Part shown: in pieces, positions 27,508 through 35,380 of the stretch | How positions within the stretch are numbered: the first letter of the stretch is position 1 | Layout of the letters: every line of letters begins with the position of its first letter | From: Sphingomonas sp. | Lineage (GTDB): Bacteria; Pseudomonadota; Alphaproteobacteria; Sphingomonadales; Sphingomonadaceae | Direction of reading: 5' to 3' | NCBI RefSeq assembly: GCF_042095875.1 | Contig: NZ_JBELMJ010000002.1 | Coordinates: 48,909 to 112,908, forward strand | Length of the DNA: 64,000 nt | Translations under genes and position numbers: made by a program | The notes under the pieces: generated by a model | Databases searched by the model: none | The model's input: only the letters and a program-made list of their open reading frames with translations | What the model was told of the DNA's origin: nothing

Positions 27508-28295
27508 CAGATGTTCTGGTTCACGTACTTGAGCATCTCGTCGGTCGCCGAGATCATCTTGGAATTGACCTCGTACGCGCGCTGCGTCTCGATCATGTCG
27601 ACCAGCTCCTCGACGACGTTGACGTTGGATGCCTCCAGCGCGCCCTGGCGCACCTTGCCGCGGCCGTCCTCGCCCGCGATGCCGAGGTTGGCGGCACCCG
27701 AGGAGGCGGTCTCGCGCAGGTAATTGTCGCCGGTGCTCTGCAGGCCCGCGGCGTTGGGGAAGCTGGCGACCTGGATCTGGCCGAGGTTCTGCGCCTCGGT
27801 CTGCCCCGGCACGGTCGCCGACACGGTGCCGTCGAGCCCGATCGTCACCTGCGTCGCGTTGGGCGGGATGTTGATGCCAGGCATCACCTGATAGCCCTCG
27901 CTGGTGATCAGCTGACCCTCCGGCGAGCGCGAGAAATTGCCCGCGCGGGTGTAGCCGAGCTCGCCGCCGGGCAGCTGCACCTGGAAATAGCCGTCGCCGT
28001 CGAGCATCATGTCGAGCGAGTTGCCGGTCTGCTGCGTAGCACCCTGCGTGTCCATCCGCGCGGTGCCCTGCACGCGCACGCCGGTGCCCAGGTTCAGGCC
28101 CGTCGCGTACTTGCTCTCCGCGCTCGACGCCGCACCCGCGGCGGTCACGACCTGGTACGACAACGTTTCGAACGCCGCGCGGTCGCGCTTGTAGCCCGTC
28201 GTGTTCACGTTCGCGAGGTTGTTCGAGATGACGCGCATTCGCATGTCCTGGGCGTCGAGCCCGGTGCGCGCGATGTGCATGGCGGCGGTGGTCAT
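27507..28295 (-). CDS. flgG: Flagellar distal rod protein FlgG
   Basis: MHIARTGLDAQDMRMRVISNNLANVNTTGYKR and GALEASNVNVVEELVDMIETQRAYEVNSKMI. Confidence 0.95.
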   Translation of the reverse strand: MTTAAMHIARTGLDAQDMRMRVISNNLANVNTTGYKRDRAAFETLSYQVVTAAGAASSAESKYATGLNLGTGVRVQGTARMDTQGATQQTGNSLDMMLDGDGYFQVQLPGGELGYTRAGNFSRSPEGQLITSEGYQVMPGINIPPNATQVTIGLDGTVSATVPGQTEAQNLGQIQVASFPNAAGLQSTGDNYLRETASSGAANLGIAGEDGRGKVRQGALEASNVNVVEELVDMIETQRAYEVNSKMISATDEMLKYVNQNI

Positions 28296-28352
28296 GGGCG
28301 GGTTCCTGTTCGTTCGGTTCTAGCGGGGGGCAGGTGGGTCAGCGCGGCGGTG

Positions 28353-29105
28353 CTAACTGGGGAGCCGCATCAGCGACGCGCTCGATTCGTCCATCGACTT
28401 GGCTTCCTTCAGCAGGTTGGCCTGCACTTCGTAGCTGCGCTGGTTCTCGATCATGTCGACCAGCGCCTTGGTCATGTCGACGTTGGAGCCCTCGAGCGCG
28501 CCGGAGGCGAGCTTTGCATCCAGGTTCTCGGGCAGGTTGCCGCCGCCCTTGACGTGGAGGAGGTTGTCGAGCCCCTTCACCGTGGTCGAGCCCTTGTCGG
28601 AGACGAGCTTGATCTTGTCGATGATCGTGGTCTCGGTCGCCGCGGCGCCGAGCGGGACGATCGAGATCGAGCCGTCGCCCGCGATCGACAGCGACTGATA
28701 CGGTGGTATCGTGATCGGTCCCGACTGCCCCATCACCAGATAGCCGTCGCCGGTCTGGAGCGTGCCCGACTGTGTCACCGACAGGTCGCCGCGCCGCGTG
28801 TATGCTTCCGATCCGTCGGCGGCCTGCACCGCGAGCCACGTGTCGTTGCCGGTCATCGCGACATCGAGGTTGCGCCCGGTCTGCTGGATCGCGCCGGGCG
28901 TGCGGTCCGCGTCGGTCACCTCCTCCGCGGTCGGTTGCCGCGCCGAGATCGCCTGCGTGCCGTCCGACAGCGTGATGCGGTCGAACACGACGCGGTCGGC
29001 GCGAAAGCCGGTGGTGGACGCGTTCGCCATGTTGTTGGCGATCGCCGCCTGCGCCGCCATCTGCGCGCGCAGGCCGGTCGCCGCGGTGTAGACGAGCTTG
29101 TCCAC
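28353..29105 (-). CDS. flgF: Flagellar proximal rod protein FlgF
   Basis: DKLVYTAATGLRAQMAAQAAIANNMANASTTGFR and GALEGSNVDMTKALVDMIENQRSYEVQ. GTG start. Confidence 0.9.
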   Translation of the reverse strand: MDKLVYTAATGLRAQMAAQAAIANNMANASTTGFRADRVVFDRITLSDGTQAISARQPTAEEVTDADRTPGAIQQTGRNLDVAMTGNDTWLAVQAADGSEAYTRRGDLSVTQSGTLQTGDGYLVMGQSGPITIPPYQSLSIAGDGSISIVPLGAAATETTIIDKIKLVSDKGSTTVKGLDNLLHVKGGGNLPENLDAKLASGALEGSNVDMTKALVDMIENQRSYEVQANLLKEAKSMDESSASLMRLPS

Positions 29106-29131
29106 CTATCCTGCTCCCTGCCCCGGCTCGA

Positions 29132-30385
29132 TTACGCGCGGATGTTGAAGATGGTCTGCGAGATCTGGCTCGCGGTATCGAGCGCCTTCGAGTTCGCCTG
29201 GAAGTTGCGCTGCGCGGAGATCAGGTTGACCAGCTCTTCGGTGATGTCGACGTTCGAGCCCTCGATCGTGCCCGACATCAGCTTGCCGAAACCGTTCTCG
29301 TTCGCGCTGCCGATCGTCGCCGAGCCCGACAAACCAGTCGAGGTCCAGTAATTGCCGCCGTTCTGCTTCAATCCGGTCGGGTTGACGAAGTTCGCCAGCG
29401 CGACCTTGCCCAGCTTGACGCTGTCGCCGTTCGAGTAGCTGGCGGTGATGATCCCGGTCTCGTCGACCGCGACGCCGGAGAACTCGCCCTTCGCGCGGCC
29501 GTCCTGGCTGCGCGAGACGACCGAGAACGGCTGTTTGGCAGCGGTGCTGCCGGCCAGGTCGAGCGTGATCGTGCGCTGCGCCGCACTGCCCGCGCCGGTT
29601 GCAGGGGCAGTCGCGAGCGCGATCGCCCCGTTCGGCGACGTCATGTTGCCGTCGCCGTCGAAGGTCACCTTGGTGCCCTGCCCGGTGTTGAGCGGCGCAC
29701 CGGCGGCGTAGCTGTACATCGTCCACGAGGTCGCGCCCGACGCGTCGTTCGGCGCGTCCTTGACGAAATAGTTGGTCAGCGTGGTCGTGTTGCCCTTGTC
29801 GTCGACGATCGAGGTGCTGGTCGACGTATTGTAGGTCGACGGATCCTCGGGCTTGAACGGAGCCGAGATGCCCGTCGCCGCGGCGTTCAGCTTCATCTTG
29901 AGCGTCACCGCACCGGTCGCGACCGGTTCACCGCTGTTGAGCGGGATGCGCACGTCGCCGACCTTGCTGTTCGCGGGCACGGTGCCGTCACTCTCTACCG
30001 CATAGGCCTGCAACCGGCTGCCCTGCGAGTCGGTGATGAAGCGATTGGGATCGACCGAAAAGGCGCCGTTGCGCGTGTACGCCTGCGTGCCGACCGCGTT
30101 GGGCATCTTGACCGCGAAGAAACCGTCGCCCGCGACCGTCAGGTCGAGGCTGTTTCCCGTCGTCTGCAGGCTGCCCTCGCTGAACTGCTGGCGATTTTCC
30201 TGCAACACCGCGCCCGAGCCGACCATGCGGCGCGGGTCGGAGGTGAAGTTCGACGCCATCACGTCGGCGAACTCGCTGCGCGACTTTTTGAAGCCGTTGG
30301 TCGACACGTTGGCGAGGTTGTGGCTGATCGTGGAAAGGTCGGTCTGCGCGGCCTGGAGGCCCGATAGCGAGGTGTAGAAGGACAT
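29132..30385 (-). CDS. flgE: Flagellar hook protein FlgE
   Basis: MSFYTSLSGLQAAQTDLSTISHNLANVSTNGFK and GTIEGSNVDITEELVNLISAQRNFQANSKAL. Confidence 0.95.
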   Translation of the reverse strand: MSFYTSLSGLQAAQTDLSTISHNLANVSTNGFKKSRSEFADVMASNFTSDPRRMVGSGAVLQENRQQFSEGSLQTTGNSLDLTVAGDGFFAVKMPNAVGTQAYTRNGAFSVDPNRFITDSQGSRLQAYAVESDGTVPANSKVGDVRIPLNSGEPVATGAVTLKMKLNAAATGISAPFKPEDPSTYNTSTSTSIVDDKGNTTTLTNYFVKDAPNDASGATSWTMYSYAAGAPLNTGQGTKVTFDGDGNMTSPNGAIALATAPATGAGSAAQRTITLDLAGSTAAKQPFSVVSRSQDGRAKGEFSGVAVDETGIITASYSNGDSVKLGKVALANFVNPTGLKQNGGNYWTSTGLSGSATIGSANENGFGKLMSGTIEGSNVDITEELVNLISAQRNFQANSKALDTASQISQTIFNIRA

Positions 30386-30433
30386 AAGGGTTACTCCGAG
30401 GAAGGGGTGAAAACGGGAGAAGATGGTGGAAAA

Positions 30434-31099
30434 TCAGCCGATCTGGCGAACGGCGCTGGCGGGAATCTCCCCCAGTCCGGGTGCGGTGAGCATCGTCTGA
30501 CCGGTGGCGGTGGAGACGGACTGGACCGGCGCCCAGACGAGGTTGGTCGCGGACACGAACTTACCCTCGTTCGACGCCGCCACGCTGACGGTGAACGGCC
30601 CCGCGCCCGCGTCCTCGCCTGCGTCGGTGCGGCCGTCCCAGTCGTAGCTGACGGTGCCGCCCGCCTGCGCGCCCAGCGACAGGTTTTTCAGCACCATGCC
30701 GTTCGCGTCGGTGATCGTGACGCCGACGTCGCTCGCCGCGCCACCCAGCTCGATCGCGCCCGCGATCCCGCCCGAGGTGCGCGCGTAAGCGGTGGTGCCC
30801 GGCGTCAGCACGGTCTTGCCGATGTAGCTGACCGCGTCGGCGGTGGTCGTCGCGCCGAGCTTGTCCGAGATCGCCTGCAGCGTCGTCGACATCTGCGTGA
30901 TGCCGGCGAGCGAGGAGAATTGCGCCATCTGCGCGACCATCTGCGTGTTGTCGACCGGGTTGAACGGATCCTGATTCTTCATCTGCGCGGTCATCAGCTT
31001 CAGGAAGTCGCCCTGGTCGAGCGTCGTCTTGGCGCCCGTCAGCGCCTTGGTGGCGTTGGTCGCGGCGCTGGTGCCGGTGGTGTTGGTGATCACTGGCAT
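30434..31099 (-). CDS. flgD: Flagellar hook capping/assembly protein FlgD
   Basis: LDQGDFLKLMTAQMKNQDPFNPVDNTQMVAQMAQFS, followed by a FlgD Ig-like C-terminal part. Confidence 0.9.
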   Translation of the reverse strand: MPVITNTTGTSAATNATKALTGAKTTLDQGDFLKLMTAQMKNQDPFNPVDNTQMVAQMAQFSSLAGITQMSTTLQAISDKLGATTTADAVSYIGKTVLTPGTTAYARTSGGIAGAIELGGAASDVGVTITDANGMVLKNLSLGAQAGGTVSYDWDGRTDAGEDAGAGPFTVSVAASNEGKFVSATNLVWAPVQSVSTATGQTMLTAPGLGEIPASAVRQIG

Positions 31100-31101
31100 G
31101 T

Positions 31102-31509
31102 TCAGCGGCCCAGCTTGAGGGTGTCGATGATCAGCGACTTGGCGGTCTGCATCACCTCGACGTTGTTCTGGTAGGTGCGCGCCGATTCCATCATGTCGAC
31201 CAGCTCGCGGGTCTCGTCGACCGCGGCCTCGAATACGTTGCCGTCGCGGTCGGCCATCGGATTGGCAGGGTCGTAGCGCTTGGTCGGGGTCTCGCCCGCC
31301 GTCACGATCCGCTCGACGTCGACCGTCGAGAGGCCGGAGGCGGCATCGTAGCTGGTGCGGAACACAGGCTTGATCGTTTTGTACGCGGCCTCGACCGACC
31401 CGGCGATTCCGCCCGCGTTGGCGAGGTTCGACGCGCTGGTGTTCATCCGCGTCAGCTGCGCGGACATCGCGCGGCCGGCGGTCTGGAAGATGGTGACGGG
31501 CGTGCTCAT
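31102..31509 (-). CDS. flgC: Flagellar proximal rod protein FlgC
   Basis: MSAQLTRMNTSASNLANA and VDETRELVDMMESARTYQNNVEVM. Confidence 0.93.
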   Translation of the reverse strand: MSTPVTIFQTAGRAMSAQLTRMNTSASNLANAGGIAGSVEAAYKTIKPVFRTSYDAASGLSTVDVERIVTAGETPTKRYDPANPMADRDGNVFEAAVDETRELVDMMESARTYQNNVEVMQTAKSLIIDTLKLGR

Positions 31510-31513
31510 TCGC

Positions 31514-31864
31514 TTATTCCCCCTTCAGCGCGCGGGTGATCTGGCCGATGCGCCCGTTCAGGAACGACAGCGTCGTCTGATACTGGACCGCATTCTCGGC
31601 GAAGGCGGTCTGCTCGCCGGCGAGTTCGACGGTGTTGCCGTCCATGCTCGGCTGGCTCGGCACGCGGTACTTGGTCTGCGCGGTGATGCCGGCGTCGACG
31701 TTGCCGGTCGCGGTCGCGCTCGCCAGCGCCGACTTCCAGTCGATGTCGCGCGCCTTGAAGCCGGGCGTGGACGCGTTGGCGATGTTGGACGCGAGCACGC
31801 CCATGCGCTGCGCGCGCACCTCCAACGCGTTTCCGTGTACCCCGAACAGACTGTCGCCAGCCAT
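31514..31864 (-). CDS. flgB: Flagellar proximal rod protein FlgB
   Basis: LEVRAQRMGVLASNIANASTPGFKARD. The start is the ATG at 31864, preceded by the strong RBS GCAGGAGGCA. This is the last 116 codons of track ORF 31514..32473. Confidence 0.9.
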   Translation of the reverse strand: MAGDSLFGVHGNALEVRAQRMGVLASNIANASTPGFKARDIDWKSALASATATGNVDAGITAQTKYRVPSQPSMDGNTVELAGEQTAFAENAVQYQTTLSFLNGRIGQITRALKGE

Positions 31865-31911
31865 GTGATCTGCCTCCTGCGATGCGCCGACAAGGCGCTC
31901 GCGAGATGTTG

Positions 31912-31927
31912 AGCAAGGGGCGTGCCA
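31912..31927 (-). promoter_or_regulatory. Sigma54 (-24/-12) promoter of the flgB operon
   Basis: The minus strand reads TGGCACGCCCCTTGCT, which matches TGGCAC-N5-TTGCW exactly. It lies ~48 nt upstream of the flgB ATG. Confidence 0.75.
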
Positions 31928-31970
31928 GTTTCGATCGCAGGCGTGGCACGGCAGCGGCGACCGATCGGGC

Positions 31971-32016
31971 GGCAAGCGCTTGCCGGTTGCCGGCAATCGG
32001 CGTTGCCGGGCGGCAG
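31971..32016. promoter_or_regulatory. Cluster of GGCAA/TTGCC dyads; candidate enhancer (activator binding sites) shared by divergent promoters
   Basis: GGCAAGCGCTTGCC (perfect 14-bp palindrome, 31971-31984), TTGCCGGCAA (31987-31996) and TTGCCGGGCGGCAG (32003-32016). The cluster starts 44 bp upstream of the flgB sigma54 promoter. Confidence 0.4.
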
Positions 32017-32060
32017 CGAACCGGCCGTCGTGCCGATGGAGACGATAGCGCTGCCGGAAC

Positions 32061-32076
32061 TGGCCCGCGGCTTGCA
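32061..32076 (+). promoter_or_regulatory. Candidate sigma54 promoter for the stator-like/flgA operon
   Basis: TGGCCCGCGGCTTGCA has the GG-N10-GC spacing and a TTGCA -12 box. It sits only 13 nt before the ATG at 32089, so the leader would be very short. A weaker alternative is TGGCACGGCAGCGGC at 31944-31958. Confidence 0.4.
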
Positions 32077-32088
32077 CGGGCGAGCGCG

Positions 32089-32751
32089 ATGACACCAGGC
32101 ACTTTCCTCGACCCGCTCGCGCTCGCCATCGTCGGCGGGGGCACGTTGCTGGCGACCATGCTGCGCACGCCGACGCGCGACCTCGCGCGCGCGATCGCCG
32201 CGTTGACGGTGCTCGCGCGCCGACCTTTCTCGGCCGACGCGTTGCTCGAGCAGATCGCAGCGCAGGACCGGATCGCGCGGCGCCACGGCGCGATGGCGCT
32301 CGACCGCAGCGTGATCGCCGACGCCGACGTCGCGGCCGGCATCGCGGGCATCGTCGACGGCATGGCGCCCGAGGCGATCGCCGCCGAGCTCGACCGCGGT
32401 CGCCGCGCGCGGATCGAGCGGCATCTGGCGGCGGCGGACTGCTGGGCGGGCGCCGCCGAGGCCGCACCCGCAATGGGCATGGTCGGCACGCTGATCGGGC
32501 TGGTGGTGATGTTCACGCGGATGAGCGACCCCGCCGCGATCGGCAGCGCGATGGCGGTGGCGCTGCTCGCCACGCTGTACGGCGCGCTGCTCGCCAATCT
32601 CGTCGCGCTGCCGGTCGCGGCGCGGCTGCGCGCGGCGGCGCGGGTCGAGGCGAGCGAGCGGCAGCGGCTGGTCGCGCCGCTGATCGCGCTGGCGACGCGC
32701 GAGGCGCCGCGCCCGATGAACGTGGCGACGATCCGGGCTAGCGCGGCGTGA
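32089..32751 (+). CDS. Short MotA/TolQ/ExbB-family proton-channel protein (second stator-like A subunit)
   Basis: 220 aa. AAPAMGMVGTLIGLVVMF and AVALLATLYGALLANLVALPVA are the conserved channel helices. The start is the ATG at 32089, inside track ORF 31882..32751. Confidence 0.7.
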   Translation: MTPGTFLDPLALAIVGGGTLLATMLRTPTRDLARAIAALTVLARRPFSADALLEQIAAQDRIARRHGAMALDRSVIADADVAAGIAGIVDGMAPEAIAAELDRGRRARIERHLAAADCWAGAAEAAPAMGMVGTLIGLVVMFTRMSDPAAIGSAMAVALLATLYGALLANLVALPVAARLRAAARVEASERQRLVAPLIALATREAPRPMNVATIRASAA

Positions 32752-33287
32752 TGGCGCACGCGACAGCGGTGTCCAACGACGACTTCCCCGCCTTCGCATC
32801 GGCGCGGCCGTCGTGGCTGATCACGCTCGCCGATCTGGCGCTACTGCTGGTCGGCTTCTTCGTGCTGCTCGAATCGAACCGGCAGCTCGACGCGCGCGCG
32901 ATCACGCGCGCGGTCGCGGTCGGATTGGGCGTGACGCCGCCGCCGATGGCGGTCGCGGCCGAGGTGGTGGGCGGCTTCGCGCAAGGGTCGGCGTCGATCC
33001 CGGCAAGCCCCGACGCGATCGCCGCCTGGGCGCGCGGCGAGCTGCGCGACCCGCGCGTAGCCCTGCGCATCACCGGCGCGACCGACGGCAGCGTCGCCGA
33101 CGCCGATCGGGCCACCGGCAGCGCCGCCTTGCTCGCCACCGACCGCGCGCGCGCCGTCGCGGCGGCATTGGCGGTGCGAGGCGTGCCGATCGAGCGCACG
33201 CAGATTTCCAACGCCGAGGTCGGCACGCGCCCCGCGCGCCACGTCCTCATCACGCTCGCCTTTATCGGCGAGGAAGGAACACGATGA
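32748..33287 (+). CDS. Short MotB/OmpA-like protein (second stator-like B subunit)
   Basis: 179 aa. SWLITLADLALLLVGFFVLL mirrors the MotB TM segment with the conserved Asp. The OmpA-like C-terminus is LRITGATDGS...LLATDRARAVAAALAVRGVPIERT. The start overlaps the upstream stop (GTG 32748 or ATG 32751). Confidence 0.65.
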   Translation: MMAHATAVSNDDFPAFASARPSWLITLADLALLLVGFFVLLESNRQLDARAITRAVAVGLGVTPPPMAVAAEVVGGFAQGSASIPASPDAIAAWARGELRDPRVALRITGATDGSVADADRATGSAALLATDRARAVAAALAVRGVPIERTQISNAEVGTRPARHVLITLAFIGEEGTR

Positions 33288-33793
33288 TCATTCTCTCGCT
33301 GCTCGCCGCCGCCGGCTTTCAGGACACCGCCTCGCTCGACCGTGCGGTCGCCGCCTTCACCGCGCGCCCGATCGGCAGCGAGGGCGGCGCGCGCGCATCG
33401 GTCGATCCGCGTCTGCGGCTCGCGCAATGCCCGACGGTCGCTTTGTCGTGGCGCAGCGAAGCGCACGACGCGGTGGTGGTATCGTGCGCCGGGCCGGATT
33501 GGCGCATCTTCGTGCCGGTACTCGCACCGCCCCGCGCGGCGGCGGCGACGCCGGCCGCGGTGAGTGCCGGAGCTGCGATGACGCCCAAGGCCGCGCCACC
33601 GGTGATCCGCCGCGGCGATCCGGTCACGATCGAGGCGGGCTCGGACGGCTTCTCGATCACGCGCGAGGGCGTGGCGGTCGGCGATGCCGCGCCGGGTGCG
33701 CGCTTCATGGTGCGCGTCGACGGCACGCCGCGCCCGGTGCAGGCGGTCGCGGTCGACAGCGGTCGCGCGACGCTGCCCGGCTGGAGCGAGTGA
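33284..33793 (+). CDS. flgA: Flagellar P-ring assembly chaperone FlgA
   Basis: C-terminal SAF/FlgA domain VIRRGDPVTIEAGSDGFSITREGVAVGDAAPGARFMVRV. ATGA overlap with the upstream gene. Confidence 0.8.
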   Translation: MIILSLLAAAGFQDTASLDRAVAAFTARPIGSEGGARASVDPRLRLAQCPTVALSWRSEAHDAVVVSCAGPDWRIFVPVLAPPRAAAATPAAVSAGAAMTPKAAPPVIRRGDPVTIEAGSDGFSITREGVAVGDAAPGARFMVRVDGTPRPVQAVAVDSGRATLPGWSE

Positions 33794-33802
33794 AAAAAGT
33801 CC

Positions 33803-33830
33803 TAAATCGGTTCGCCGAACGGTCGTTTCT
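33803..33830 (+). promoter_or_regulatory. Sigma28 (FliA)-type promoter of flgM-flgN
   Basis: TAAA-N15-GTCGTTTCT lies 32 nt before the flgM ATG. The same GTCGTTT -10 core occurs upstream of all three flagellin genes and fliD. Confidence 0.65.
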
Positions 33831-33862
33831 TCGCGTGTCAGCGACGACCAACAGGTGCGGAC

Positions 33863-34150
33863 ATGGTGGATGCGGTAAACCCGACGACGATCAAGGCGAA
33901 CGATCTGCGCATCGGCGCAGTTACGCGGGTGGCGATGGCCGCGCCGGCGGTGGCGGGTACGCCCGTCCAGGCGGCGGTGCCGACGCCGACGCTCGCCAAT
34001 ACGATGGCCGCCGCCGCGCCGATCGAGGCGAGCCGCGTCGCGCTCATCAAGGAAGCGGTGGAGAGCGGTCGCTATCCCCTGTCTCCCGCCAGCGTCGCCG
34101 ACGCGCTGATCGCCGCCAAGTACGAGTGGATGTCGCATGACGCGTCGTGA
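33863..34150 (+). CDS. flgM: Anti-sigma-28 factor FlgM
   Basis: 95 aa. The C-terminal IEASRVALIKEAVESGRYPLSPASVADALI matches the FlgM sigma28-binding region. Confidence 0.8.
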   Translation: MVDAVNPTTIKANDLRIGAVTRVAMAAPAVAGTPVQAAVPTPTLANTMAAAAPIEASRVALIKEAVESGRYPLSPASVADALIAAKYEWMSHDAS

Positions 34151-34448
34151 TGCTTTGGTGCGCGTGATCGACGCGCTGCACGCGGAGATCACCGCGCTCA
34201 AGACCAACGACGTCGGTGGCCTGGAACGCGCCACCGCGGCGAAGCTGAAGGGGATCGAGACGTTGCAGGCGCTGGGCGACGGTCCCGCCACGCCCGAATT
34301 GCGCGGGCTGGCCGAGGAAGCCGACCGGTTGAACGACACCTGCCGCATCTACGTCAACCTGATGGCGGCAAATGTTCGCCGCCGCCTGCAAGTCCTGTCC
34401 GGCGACGCTGCCGGTGCCTACGGCCGCGGCAAGCTCGCCTACGCCTGA
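34137..34448 (+). CDS. flgN: FlgN-like flagellar export chaperone
   Basis: 103 aa, helical, overlaps the flgM 3' end by 14 nt, and sits in the canonical position after flgM. Confidence 0.55.
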   Translation: MTRRDALVRVIDALHAEITALKTNDVGGLERATAAKLKGIETLQALGDGPATPELRGLAEEADRLNDTCRIYVNLMAANVRRRLQVLSGDAAGAYGRGKLAYA

Positions 34449-34456
34449 CGCGCGCT

Positions 34457-34472
34457 TGGCACGACCCTTGCT
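34457..34472 (+). promoter_or_regulatory. Sigma54 promoter upstream of the lytic transglycosylase-flhA-fliA unit
   Basis: TGGCACGACCCTTGCT is a perfect TGGCAC-N5-TTGCW match, 39 nt before the ATG at 34511. Confidence 0.75.
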
Positions 34473-34510
34473 GATCGACCGGCTCTTAACAGGGCCTTTA
34501 ACAGATCAGC

Positions 34511-35377
34511 ATGACCGTTTCCGCGATCAACTCGGCGAGCCAACGCGTCACCTCCGCGATCCAACGGGCGGCGGCGCGTACCGGCATCGACTTCGATTAC
34601 CTGATGGGCCAGGCGAAGCTGGAAAGCGGCTTCAACGCCAACGCGCGTGCCGGCACCTCCTCGGCGACTGGGCTCTACCAGTTCATTGAGCAGAGCTGGC
34701 TGGGCGTGATGAAGCAGCACGGCAGCGAGCACGGGCTCGGCTGGGCGGCGGACAGCATCCAGCGGGTCGGCGGGCGCTACGTGGTGGCGGGCGGCAACCG
34801 CGAGGCGGTGCTGGGCCTGCGCAACGATCCCGAGGTCGCCAGCCTGATGGCGGCCGAGCACGCCAGCGACAACAAGGCCGCGATCGAGGGTGCGACTGGC
34901 CGCACCGCGACGGGCACCGACCTCTACATGGCGCATTTCCTGGGGCTGGGCGGCGCGAAGCAGTTCCTGTCGGCGATGGCGGGCAATCCGGGGCGCGACG
35001 CCGCCAGCCTGTTTCCCGCCGCCGCGCGCGCCAATCGCAACGTCTTCTACGCGAGCGACGGCAGCGCGCGCTCGCTGTCGCAGGTGTACCAGCGGTTCGC
35101 GGACAAGCTGGGCGACGGCGCGGACGCCTCGGGCAGCGGCGTCGCCTCGACCGGCAATCTGTCGACGATGCAGTTCGCCGCGCAGGCGCTCGGCATGGGC
35201 GATGACGCAACGGTCGTGACCGGTGCCGGCGAGAGCGCGAGCGACGCGCTGTCGTGGGCGCGCTCGACGCTCGGTCAGATCAAGGGTCAGGCGGCGAGCC
35301 AGGCGTCGCTGCTGCGGCCGAGCCCCGACAACGCCCGCCTCGCCTACCTGATGCTCGCGTCGATGGGGGGTCGCTAA
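34511..35377 (+). CDS. Flagellum-associated lytic transglycosylase (SLT domain)
   Basis: YLMGQAKLESGFNANARAGTSSATGLYQFIEQSW carries the catalytic E-S and the GLxQ motif. It sits inside the flagellar cluster just before flhA. Confidence 0.75.
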   Translation: MTVSAINSASQRVTSAIQRAAARTGIDFDYLMGQAKLESGFNANARAGTSSATGLYQFIEQSWLGVMKQHGSEHGLGWAADSIQRVGGRYVVAGGNREAVLGLRNDPEVASLMAAEHASDNKAAIEGATGRTATGTDLYMAHFLGLGGAKQFLSAMAGNPGRDAASLFPAAARANRNVFYASDGSARSLSQVYQRFADKLGDGADASGSGVASTGNLSTMQFAAQALGMGDDATVVTGAGESASDALSWARSTLGQIKGQAASQASLLRPSPDNARLAYLMLASMGGR

Positions 35378-35380
35378 GCG

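Noticed and set aside
31944-31958. TGGCACGGCAGCGGC as the main plus-strand sigma54 promoter
   Set aside because: It has the GG-N10-GC spacing but a poor -12 box (CGGC instead of TTGC). I kept it only as an alternative to the better TTGCA-containing site at 32061-32076.
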